Assembly (NCBI RefSeq): GCF_004010195.1
Contig: NC_057750.1
Location: forward strand, 3,034,761 to 3,098,760
Source: Chiloscyllium plagiosum
Taxonomy: Eukaryota
DNA length: 64,000 nucleotides
Direction of reading: 5' to 3'
Position numbers and translations under genes: made by a program. Below are positions 1 to 10,018 of this stretch, piece by piece. How positions within the stretch are numbered: position 1 is the first letter of the stretch; each line of letters begins with the position of its first letter. The notes beneath the pieces were generated by a model that was not told the origin of the DNA, did no database searches, and was given only the letters and a program-made list of their open reading frames with translations.

Positions 1-240
1 CTGTCCCACTGTCTTTTTCCCTCCATTCCCCACCCCCTGGACTGACCTGTCCGGCTGCTGCTGCCGGTTGTGAGGGTGGGGGTGGGTGCGGAGATTGTGA
101 GGGTGGGGGGTTGTTCTTGTTGTTTGGGGGGTGGGGGGGTCAGGAAGGAGAATTTTTTTCAGGGTTTCACCGCCACATCCGGAGATTCCCGAACCGCAGG
201 CGCCGCATCCGGGCAACCAGGTCTCCCTGGCAACGGGGTT
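1..240. promoter_or_regulatory. GC/CpG-rich candidate promoter with X-box-like and ETS-like motifs
   Basis: CpG cluster at ~170-235; GTCTCCCTGGCAAC at 221-234; CCGGATG motifs on the minus strand at 175-182 and 205-212; minus-strand donor CAG|GTCAGT at 41-49. Confidence 0.4.
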
Positions 241-400
241 AGACCATCTCGCACTCTGGAGGGGGGGGAGAAGAGGGAGAGACCATCTCTCCCCATTGGA
301 GGCGGGAGACAGGGAGAGACTAATTCCCAGACGGGAGTGGGGGCGGGAGGGAGAGACCATCTCTCCCCTTGGAAGGGGGATGGAACAGACCATCTCACCA
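241..400 (+). repeat. degenerate ~37-nt minisatellite with AGACCATCTC core
   Basis: Core starts at 241, 280, (317), 354 and 387; GGGAGAGA-CCA-TCTCTCCC occurs at 275-293 and 349-367. Confidence 0.6.
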
Positions 401-520
401 AATGGGGGGAGCTGAGTGCAAATCTTGACCAATTTGCGCACAGCAAGCTCCCGCAGGCAGCAATATGAGGAAGACCGCTTTATTTGTGTTTAGAGACATT
501 AATTTTTAACATTGATTTGT

Positions 521-734
521 GCTCAGATTAAGGTTCTGGATGTAGGTTTGCTCGCTGAGCTGGAAGGTTCATTTCCAGACGTTTCGGCACCATACTAGGT
601 AACATCTTCAGTGGGCCCCCCGGACAAAGCCCTGCAGCAGTGTTCCGCCTGGAGGCCCACTGAAGATGTTACCTAGTATGGTGATGAAACGTCTGGAAAT
701 TAACCTTCCAGCTCAGTGAGCAAACCTACATCCA
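521..734. mobile_element. palindromic Penelope-like (pseudo-LTR) element with two hammerhead-type cores
   Basis: ~80-bp inverted arms (537-617 / 654-734). Each arm has CTGAAGA-stem-GAAA-CG-TC. Same family at 51440-51520 and 63405-63520. Confidence 0.75.
660..693 (+). ncRNA. candidate minimal type I hammerhead ribozyme
   Basis: CUGAAGA U GUUACC-UAGUAU-GGUGAU GAAA CG UC, closed by CCA/UGG; fits the PLE minimal hammerhead pattern. Confidence 0.55.
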
Positions 735-865
735 AGACATTGATTGGAAGCTAAACAGATTGGGGAGAGATCCCCTGCCCTTCCTGCAAAGAGACACGGG
801 GATCCTCTTCATCGGGCCGAGGGGTGGCAGACTTGGCCTTGGTTTAACATCTCGCCTCAGAGCCG

Positions 866-962
866 GCTCGAAGAAGGGTTACACCAGAAACGTTGACTTC
901 TCCACCTCCTGGCTTCCTGTGTTCCCCCAGCCTCCTGCCTGTCTACTTTGGATTCCAGCATT
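866..962 (+). mobile_element. degenerate Penelope-like terminal fragment
   Basis: gaagaagggttacaccagaaacgttgacttctcc...gattccagca resembles the other PLE ends; hammerhead core damaged. Confidence 0.45.
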
Positions 963-1129
963 TTATTGTCTCCTGTGACAGGGCTGCACTCCCTTAGCAC
1001 CACACGGAGGATTTGTGATTGAGGGGTATCCGAGGGAAACAAAGTCACTATCTCTCTCAGTGTCAACAGTTTTGGTCAAAACTAATTCTCTGTCAGATCT
1101 CATTCTGAAATTACTGGCCTGGACAATAA

Positions 1130-1320
1130 ATGATTTGGAGACCCGGTGTTGGACTAGGGTGTACAAAGTTAAAAATCACACAACACCAGGTTATAATCCA
1201 ATAGGTTTATTTGGAAGCACTAGCTTTTCATTAGGTGATTGACAAAGTGCTCTGAAAGCTAGTGCTTCCAAATAAACATGTGGGATTATAACCTGGTGTT
1301 GTGTGATTTTTAATTTTGGA
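1130..1320. mobile_element. palindromic Penelope-like element, second family (GAAAGCTAG type)
   Basis: Inverted arms ~1164-1230 / 1253-1318; further copies at 1405-1550 and ~28148-28225. Confidence 0.65.
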
Positions 1321-1404
1321 CTAATAAACTTAGTGTTTATTGTACTATACCAGATGTAATGTGTCTGACAAACATCGCTCAACAGCAAAGTCTCCATCTG
1401 AAAT

Positions 1405-1550
1405 ATGATTTGGAGGTGCCGGTGTTGGATTGGTGTGTACAAAGTTAAAATTCACACAACACCAGGTTATAGTCCAACAGGTTTAATTGGAAGCACTAGC
1501 TTCTGGAGCATCCTTTGGATGAAGGAGTGGCGCTCCGAAAGGATTTTTAA
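1405..1550. mobile_element. Penelope-like element, same family as 1130-1320, partly deleted
   Basis: Repeats the left arm of 1130-1230; retains GATGA-AGGAGTGGCGCTCC-GAAA at ~1518-1540. Confidence 0.6.
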
Positions 1551-1974
1551 CATCTGAAATATTGCTGCCTTCTGACACCTGCTGGTTTTATACAGTATAA
1601 CATCTTAATCCAATTCTCAAAGGTTTTTGGAGCAGAATCATCAATGACGTAAGAACATACAGATTGTAAAAGGTGGGATGGGGGGGAGAACATGCCCCTT
1701 TTGAACCTGATCGCCTGTTCAGTCAGATTACAGCCAACGTTCTATCTCAATCTTCCAGACACGTCATGATTCCCTTAAGCTCTAAGACCTTATCGATCTT
1801 AGCCTTCAATATACTCCATGACTGAGTTGTCTCGGGCAGAGAATTCAAAACATTCTCACCCTCTCAGTGAAGAAATTCTCATTGCAGTCCTATCCTGAGA
1901 CTGTACTCTCTTGATTCTAACTTAAGGAAACAGCCCCTCAGCATCTATGTTGTCATCCTCGAAGAATTCCACAT

Positions 1975-2417
1975 TGAATATTGCATGCAATTCTGGTCTC
2001 CTTCCTATCGGAAAGATGTTGTGAAACTTGAAAGGGTTCAGAAAAGATATACAAGGATGTTGACAGGGTTGGAGCATCTGAGCTACAGGGAGATGTTGAA
2101 CAGGCTGGGGCTGTTTTCCCTGGAGCGTCGGAGGCGGAGGGGTGACCTTATTAGAGGTTTACAAAATTATGAGGGGCATGGATAGGATAAATAGACAAAG
2201 TCTTTTCCCTGGGGTCAGAAAGTCCAGAACTAGAGGGCATAGGTTTAGGATGAGAGGGGAAAGATATAAAAGAGACCTAAGGGGCAACGTTTTCACTCAG
2301 AGGGTGGTACGTGTATGGAATGAGCTGCCAGAGGATGTGGTGGAGGCTGGTACAATTGCAACATTTAAGAGGCATTTGGATGGGTATATGAATAGGAAGG
2401 GTTTGGAGGGATATGGG
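1975..2417 (+). mobile_element. CR1/HER1-type LINE 3' fragment
   Basis: ORF2 C-terminus: QFWSPSYRKDVVKLERVQKR, EVYKIMRG, TRGH, FTQRVVRVWNELP. Confidence 0.9.
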
Positions 2418-2609
2418 NNNNNNNNNNNNNNNNNNNNNNNNNNNNNNNNNNNNNNNNNNNNNNNNNNNNNNNNNNNNNNNNNNNNNNNNNNNNNNNNNNN
2501 NNNNNNNNNNNNNNNNNNNNNNNNNNNNNNNNNNNNNNNNNNNNNNNNNNNNNNNNNNNNNNNNNNNNNNNNNNNNNNNNNNNNNNNNNNNNNNNNNNNN
2601 NNNNNNNNN
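2418..2609. other. assembly gap (192 N)
   Basis: Run of N between two different CR1 subfamily fragments. Confidence 1.
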
Positions 2610-2950
2610 AGAGGGGATCTGATTGAGACGTATAAGATTATTAAAGGATTGGACATTCTGGAGGCAGGAAGCATGTTTCCGCTGATGGGTGAGTCCCGAA
2701 CCAGAGGACACAGTTTAAAAATAAGGGGTAGGCCACTCAGAACAGAGTTGAGGAGAAACTTCTTCACCCAGAGAGTGGTGGGTGTATAGAATGCTCTGAC
2801 CCAGAAGGCTGTGGAGGCAAGTCTCTGGATACTTTCAAGAAAGAATTGGATAGAGCTCTTAAGGATAGTGGAATCAAGGGTTATGGGGATAAGGCAGGAA
2901 CAGGATGGTGGTGCTGGCTTGAAGGGCAGAATGGCCTACACCTGCTACTT
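2610..2950 (+). mobile_element. CR1 LINE 3' fragment, second subfamily
   Basis: RGDLIETYKIIKGLD...SRTRGHSLKIRG...FFTQRVV, followed by a gaatggcctac 3' end. Confidence 0.88.
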
Positions 2951-3039
2951 AATCTCTGCTCACAGGACACCCCTTTCCTTCCAGCAATTAGTCCAGGGGA
3001 TCTTCACTGCACACTGTCCAAAAGGCAACTTATAGTCGA

Positions 3040-3495
3040 AATGGAGAGAAACTTCAAAGTACTTTGTAGAGGGATCTGGGTGTCCTTGTGCATGAATTGC
3101 AGAAAACTACTATGCAAATACAGCAGGTAATAAGGAAGGCAAGTGGAATTTTGGCATTTATTGCTTAAGGAACAGAGCATAAAAGTAGGGAAGTGATGCT
3201 GCAACTGTATAAGTCATTAGTGAAACTACATTTTGAGTATTGCAGACAATGCTTGGACCATTTACCTGAGGAATAATGTTGAATTAGTGTGAATCTGTGG
3301 AATTCTCTGCTCCAGAGTATGTGGATGCTGAATAATTTAAGGAGGAGACAGACAGATTTTTAATTGGTAATGGGTTAAAAGATTGTGGGGGAATGGGCAG
3401 GAAAGTGGAGTTGAGGCCAAAATTAGATCAGCCATGATTGTATTGAATAGAGGAGAAGGTTCATACAATTGAATAACTTCTCCTATTCTTCACTC
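3040..3495 (+). mobile_element. old CR1 fragment with internal deletion
   Basis: Decayed ORF2 C-terminal sequence, tgtggaattctctgc motif and agatcagccatga 3' UTR motif. Confidence 0.65.
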
Positions 3496-3892
3496 CGATG
3501 TAATGACATAGCACACAACTCAACAAAACACACTAAATATGAAAGCGAGATCAGAGGGAACATTGGTGGGAGTAATGTATTTCTGCATTTTATTCAGTGC
3601 ACTGCCAAAGCATAAAGGTTGTCAATTTTTTTCATCACTTCACCTCCCTCTGTATTACAAAGCTCTATAAGTCAGGTAGATTGGCTGCTCAGTATGCAGT
3701 AGTGTGTCGCTTACCTGCCTGGTTTTGGTATTGGCTTATGGAATCTGGATTGAATTTGTTCTAAATTTCTTAACAGGGAATTCCATCTCAGAGATACTTT
3801 ACCACGCAGAGACTCAGAACCTCTCCAATGGTATTGAGTCAAACAAGACTTACCAGAGAACAGCAGATGCCAAGACCTCCTTCAAAAAAATT

Positions 3893-4158
3893 GAGATGGC
3901 ACAGTGGTTAGCACGGCCGTCTCGCAGCACTACGGACGCAGATTCAATTCCACCCTTGGGTGAGTGTCTGTGTGGAGTTTGCATGTCTGCTCTGGTTTCC
4001 TCTCGCAGTCCAAAGATGCACAGGTTAGGTGGAAAGGCCATAGGAAATATGGGGTTATAGGAATGGGGTGGGTCTGGGTGGGATGCTTGTCAGAGGGGTG
4101 TTTTGAACTTGATGGGCTGAATGGCCTGCTTCCACACTGTAGGAAGTCTATGATTCTA
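3893..4158 (+). mobile_element. HE1-like tRNA-derived SINE
   Basis: A/B-box head (ggcacagtggttagcac...ttcaattcc), tgtgtggagtttgca core, CR1-like tail. Confidence 0.8.
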
Positions 4159-4421
4159 CTCTGCTTTCCTCCAATTCTGGCCTTTTGTATGGCTTCGATT
4201 GTAATCACTCCACCACTGACAGTCCTATTTTCAGCTGCTTGGGACCCAGGCTCTGGAAATCCCTTGCTAACCCTTTCTGCCGGTCTACCCAAACTCTCTC
4301 TTTTAAACTATAACTTTGACCATTAACGTATTCTTATACTTATTAACACACCTGCTTAGCCCCTTGGAGCAATTCGCTACATTAAACACACTTTATAAAT
4401 ATTAGACACATCTAATTCCAA

Positions 4422-4645
4422 TAAAAAAAACAGAAAGTGCTGGGGCCAAAAACACAGCAACTCTGGTAATATCTGTGGAGAGAGAAACAGAGTTAACATT
4501 TCAAGTCCAATTTGAAAGTTCTGAAGAAGAGTCATACCACACTTAACGCTGTTTCTCTCTCTCCATGGATGCTGCCAGACCTGCTGAGTCTCTCCAGCAC
4601 TTTGTTTTTATGTCAGACCTTCAGCATCTGTGGTGCTTTGCTTTT
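4422..4645. mobile_element. degenerate palindromic Penelope-like element
   Basis: Imperfect inverted arms around ctgaagaagagtca; ggatgctgccagacctgctg...ccagca tail shared with other copies. Confidence 0.55.
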
Positions 4646-4667
4646 ATGCATTTAGTTCCATATTCAT

Positions 4668-5147
4668 TAGAGTCATAGAGTCATAGAGATGTACAGCACG
4701 GAAACAGACCCTTCAGTCCAGCCCGTCCATGCCAACCAGATATCCCAAACCAATCTAGTCCCACCTACCAGCACCTGGCCCATATCCCTCCAAACCCTTC
4801 CTATTCATAAAGCCATCCAGATGCCTTTTAAATGTTGCAATTGTACCAGCCTCCACCACTTCCTCTGGCAGCTCCAGCCCCAGCCTATTCAGCCTCTCCC
4901 TATAGCTCAAACCCTCCAACCCTAGCAACATCCTTGTAAATCTTTTCTGAACCTTTCAAGTTTCACAACATCCTTCCGATAGGAAGGAGACCAGAATTGC
5001 ACACAATATTCCAACAGTGGCCTAACCAATGTCCAGTACAGCCGCAACATGACTCCCAATTCCTGCACTCAGTACTCTGACCAATAAAGGAAAGCATACC
5101 AAATGCCTTCTTCACTATCCTATCTACCTGTGACTCCACTTTCAAAC
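4668..5147 (-). mobile_element. CR1/HER1 LINE 3' fragment with (CTATGACT)n tail
   Basis: Reverse-strand ORF2 C-terminus (VDRIVKKAFGMLSFIGQS) and microsatellite tail at 4668-4690. Confidence 0.88.
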
Positions 5148-5443
5148 TGACAATCAATAGCGTTCACAGAGAAATAAAGATGACAACCTTTTTGTGAATG
5201 TATTTAATTTTTCTCCAAAGATGCAGTGTCTTTAATCCGGATTAAAGTGTTAAGCTAAAGCTGTTACTATTTCTCAGCTTTTCCAGGTACACTGTGAATT
5301 GTCGTAGGTGACCATCACTCACTATTGAGTGTAACCACCCACCTGGGAAAACCATCTCACTGGTCGTGGGTTATTGTGTGGCTGATGACCCCAATCCTAG
5401 AGCCACATCCCCAACCATACATTTGGGCAGGTGTTTTCTAGAA

Positions 5444-5745
5444 GTGACTGTGGCTCAGTGGTTAGCACTGCTGCCTCATAGCACCAGGGTCCCAGGTTCG
5501 ATTCTAGCCTTGGGCAACTGTTTGTGTGGAGTTTGCACATGCTCCCCGTGTCTGCGTGGGTTTCCTCTGGATGCTCTGGTTTCCTCCCACAGTCCAAAGA
5601 TGTGCAGGTTAGGTGAATTGGCCATGCTAAATTGCCCATAGTGTTAGGTGCATTAGTCAGGGGGGAAATGGGACTACTCTTCGGAGGGTTGGTGTGGACT
5701 TGTTGGGCCGAAGGGCCTGTTTCCACACTGTAGGGAATCTAATCT
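5444..5745 (+). mobile_element. HE1-like SINE, near full length
   Basis: TGGCTCAGTGG A box, GGTTCGATTC B box, conserved core, tail ttccacactgtagggaatctaatct. Confidence 0.88.
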
Positions 5746-6223
5746 GAATGTGGTTCTCATTCCTTTCTCCAGTTCCTCTTGCTGGGGGGAGGAGTGAGTT
5801 CTCAAAGAATTACATCCCATCTCACATGAGGTTCCTCCAGTTCAGCTATGTCTGAGTGAGGGTCTCCACTTGAACAGGTAAACCAAAGTAACGACAACAC
5901 TGACTGAATCCCTCTGACATTGCCATTTTGGTGCCTACTCCATAAACAAAGTTCCCTTCATTGTGGCATTGCAAAGTTTTGCCGAGAAACCAGAACAACC
6001 AGTTACAGCAGAAGAGATTATATCTCCCTGTGAACTGAATGTCTGTGCACTTTGGGAAGGTCCCAAACCTGTTGATGCTCCCATGGACACCAATGAGACA
6101 TATATCCAGTGTATGCAAAGCTGCACACCTCTGCAATTTTCTCCATTTTGTGTAATAATTGCTTTTCTGACTGCATACAGAAGGGCCTTAATCGAAAAAC
6201 ATTAAACTGTTCCTTCTTCACAT

Positions 6224-6418
6224 GAGCTGAAAATGTGTTGCTGGAAAAGCGCAGCAGGACAGGCAGCATCCAAGGAGCAGGAGAATCAACGTTTCGGGCA
6301 TGAGCCCTTGCCTGAAACGTCGATTCTCCTGCTCCTTGGATGCTGCCTGACCTTCTGCGCTTTTCCAGCAACACATTTTCAGCTCTGATCTCCAACATCT
6401 GCAGTCCACTTTCTCCTT
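6224..6418. mobile_element. near-perfect palindromic Penelope-derived element, third family
   Basis: Inverted repeat across 6224-6385 with the centre deleted, plus a one-sided tail; homologous to the terminus of the GIY-YIG element at 19280-19850. Confidence 0.8.
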
Positions 6419-6473
6419 CTTCACATGACCCTTGATCTAGAATTTTAAAATGCAAAAGGAGATCCGATCATAA

Positions 6474-7012
6474 AGTCATTGAGTCACAGTCATACAGCAT
6501 CGAAACAGACCCTTTGGCTCAACCAGTCCTTGCTGACCATAATCCCAAACTAACCTAGTCCCACCTGCCTGCTTCTGGCCCATATCCCTCCAAACCTTTC
6601 CTATTCGTGTACTTATCCAAATGTCTTTTAAATGTGGTAACTACATCCACTTTCTCTGGAGGTTCATTTCACACGTGAACCACCCTCTGTGTTAGATAAA
6701 TTGCCTCTCATGTCTTTTTAAAATCTCTTTTATCTCACCTTAAAAATGTGCCATCTAGCCTTGAAATCCCCATCTTAGGGAAAAGGCAACTACCATTAAC
6801 TCTATTATTACCCCTCATTATTTTGTGACCTTATGGAAGTTTATGTCTCAACCTTTTACACTCCAGTGAAAAAAATCCTAGCCAATCTTTAGAACTGAAA
6901 CACTCCATTCCTGGCAACAGATAAATCTCTTCTGAACCCTCTCCAGCATAATAATAACCCTCATATATAACAGGGCAACCAGAACAGGACACAGTATTCC
7001 AGAAATGTCTGT
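6474..7012 (-). mobile_element. CR1 LINE 3' fragment
   Basis: Reverse complement of the CR1 ORF2 end and 3' UTR. Confidence 0.82.
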
Positions 7013-7219
7013 TCCAGCTCAAATCCACTTGATCCAATTCCTGTGCCCCATTCCCCAAACCCTTATAAATGAAACTGCAGCAGCTGTTGTTTCCATTGAA
7101 CAACTTATATTAAAGGTGCTGCTTAAATGTAACGAAGCATCTCAAGACTTAGAACTTGCTGCCTGAGAGGGTGGAGGATGGACTGATGATGAATGATTTC
7201 AGAAGGAAACAGGTAATCA

Positions 7220-10018
7220 GGATTAAACACTTCTGTCTCTCCCTCTGCCTGTTCAGGTTTTTCCTGCACCATTATGTCAAACACTAACTGTGTCCACTAA
7301 CTGAACCTCAACTCATTCATCTTTCTCTTTAGTTTTTGCTTTGTGCTGTGACTTATGATAGTGGGATCTTGTTACTACACAGTCTGAGAAAATACCAGAA
7401 TATTTTTGTTTTAACTACTCAATTTCTTGATCTTCCATGGGCTTTTCCACAACAAGGGGTGTCACTCCCACATTGGACCCTGCTAAATCATTCCCAAGAA
7501 CAAACTGGACTCTTGGAACTGACACTCTGTCAATCACTCCCACTGTTACTTTACCAGCCTTGAGTTGGCACTCCAATCTGATCTTACATAGGGAAATGCT
7601 AAATTTCTGTTTATCTGACCTACAAATGATCACACTCTCAGGTAACAGATCAGAAAGAATGCAAATTTGCCCATCCCTTACTATTAGACACTTAGATACG
7701 GTGTTTCTCAAAATTATAACTTCTTGCCCTTCTCCCCCTGAGTAAACTTTACCCACAGAGGTGAATTCTTTATAGAGATCAGGTACTAACTCCATACCCA
7801 GCCCCGGCCGAGGCTGTGCACTCTCCTGCAGCTCCTCAGCTCTTCCTGGGGTTTCCTTTACTACATTCACTAATGTCACTGACTTAGCTTCTTTTACCAC
7901 ATATTTTCCTACAGTGTCTTTCTTTAGTGACCAGCACTGTAACTTTACATGTCCCACCTTCTGGCAGTGAAAACACCTTTTCCCAATACCCTTCTGAAAC
8001 CACCGGCACTGTAATTTTCTGTGTCTCATTCCATTACAGTGAAAATACCTGAGGCCTTTCACCTCCTGTCCACCCTCTTGGGCTTCTTTAACCTGCGGTA
8101 AACTCTTCCTAGAGTTCTCTACTCTTTCTTTCCTAGTGTAGATCACCCCTTCTCCCAACTTCTATCCTTCGCAGGACAAAATTCTGGCCGGAAGCTTGTC
8201 TTATGCACCAACATGTATTTATCTGCTAATTCTGCTGCCCTTCTCACTTCCTGAACTTTCTGTTTCTCCACGTGAATTCTTATCATCTCTGGAAGTGAGT
8301 TTTTAAACTCCTCCGGCAGAATAATCTCTCTTAGAGCCTATTAAGGCTTGCACCCATCAATCAAAATGACCATGTTTAATTCTTTTGAACTCAACATAAG
8401 TCTGACCTGGTTCCTTCTTTATGTTTCTGAACATCTGTCTATACACTTCTGGTACTAATTCATAAGCACTTATAACAGCTGTGTAACCTCTTCATAACCT
8501 CTTGACCCCTCATCTGACAGCACGGCAAACACCTCACTCCCTCTGCCTACCAGTTTAGTCTGAACTAGCATTACCCATAAATCCTTAGACCACTCCATCT
8601 GCCTAGTTAATTTTTCAACTGAAGTAAAGAAGGCTTCAACGTCTTTCTCATCAAATGGTGGCAGAGCTTTGACATATTTGTATATATCATTACTTTCTCT
8701 TTTCATCTCCATCCTGTTAACTTGACTTTGCTGACTAAGTCGCAACTTCTCAAATTCAAATTCTCTCTCTTTTTGCTCAGCTAAGGACTGTCTCTCTTTT
8801 TCTCTTCTTTTCTTCTCTCTCTTTGCTCAGCTAAGAAACTCCTCTCTCTCTTTTTCCTCCCTCTTTATCTTCTAACTCCATTTTCCTCAATTGTATTTTA
8901 AGTTTTTCTAACTCTCCTGCACCTGTCTGTTTTTCTGACACACCTATGTGTTGGAGTAATTCCCTTACAATTTCAGCTTTACTTTGGTCCTTGGTTAAAC
9001 CCAAATCTACCTTCTTTGCAAATTCTAAAAGTATGGCCTTTTCTTTCCTTCTAAACTTTCTTGGGAAATTTGAGAATCATCTTCAAACCCCAGAACCTCT
9101 TTAGTAAAGAGGCATTTCTCTCACTTTTAATTCAACAAACCACAAGTAACCAACATTAAACAAATTGTCTCATCTATGTTTTATTTAAAGATCTAGGACA
9201 CTAACCTGCAAGTGTTTAAATCTAATGGGCTTCCTCGTACCCTAAATTTATTCAAATTTGTCCAAATCTCAGACTGGATCTGTTCAAACTGTGGATGAAA
9301 GCCCCAAAACTGTTAGGACACAAAGTAAACCCCTCTCCTAATTTCAACCAACCACATAGAAAAAGTTCACCTCACGCCACAATCTGTTAAAATTCGAGGG
9401 AAAGAACTATCCCTGAGATCACTATTTAAGCAAAAATTAACAATTTTATTCTTTAAGTCCAAAAGAGAACATTAAACAACTATTTACAATCCTTTCTCAT
9501 AAACCTATCTTTTGCCTCTCACTCTAAAACACTAGTCTGATAAAAACCCCAATTAAGAATTTTTAAAAATTATGTTTAAAAAACCAGTCAGCTTTGTCAA
9601 TTCTCCTTTGTAGATTTTTTTTGTAGGTGTTCTCTAGATTAGTTTTGATGTTCTGTTGCACAAACTTATAGACAGGAAGATTTCAGACAGCTGTTCTGCT
9701 GACAGTCTAAACTTGATGGTGGCTTGGCAGTTCTCCCCCATCTGTTCAAAATGTCCAGTTTTATACCCCAAAACATCAGATTGTTTCATTGGTTGTAATA
9801 TTATCAAAATACCAAATTCAAATTTGACTGGATTTTGATATCTTGGTGCATAATTTAAACTGATTGGCTGAATTTGAATTTGATTTTGTTTTGTGGCAAA
9901 TCAGCTGCAGCTTTTTGTTTCCCATTCTTACTTTGTTCAGCTCTGTGTGTGTTTTGTCAGTCCTTGCTAGTATTTCAACTCTCTTAAAGATATAATACAC
10001 CTCTACACCTTCATAACA
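7220..10018 (-). mobile_element. truncated Ty3/Gypsy LTR retrotransposon: 5' LTR, PBS, gag, protease
   Basis: Gag capsid-like PPFDEKDVEAFF...W...L; zinc knuckle CFHCQKVGHVKLQC; decayed protease ILRNT...FVLGNDLAG; CVVTRS linker; frameshifted; no RT, integrase or 3' LTR seen. Confidence 0.88.
9311..10018 (-). repeat. 5' LTR (708 bp) of the Gypsy element
   Basis: TGTTA...TAACA termini; minus-strand TATAAAA at 9759-9765 and AATAAA near 9445-9450; followed by a PBS-like TTGGGGCTTTCATCC. Confidence 0.75.

Noticed and set aside
70..468. 132-aa Gly-rich ORF and overlapping ORFs
   Set aside because: Non-ATG start, caused by GC-rich low-complexity and minisatellite sequence; no recognisable domain.
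521..1550. Clustered palindromic repeats that could suggest a CRISPR array
   Set aside because: Vertebrate DNA, no repeat-spacer periodicity, no cas genes; these are dispersed Penelope-derived inverted repeats.
2142..2789. 215-aa ORF and other ORFs with X runs
   Set aside because: Artefacts of reading through the N gap between two separate CR1 fragments.
5444..5515. tRNA-like sequence with A and B boxes (also at 3893, 39998, 45640, 60990)
   Set aside because: These are SINE heads followed by SINE core and LINE-derived tails, not tRNA genes.
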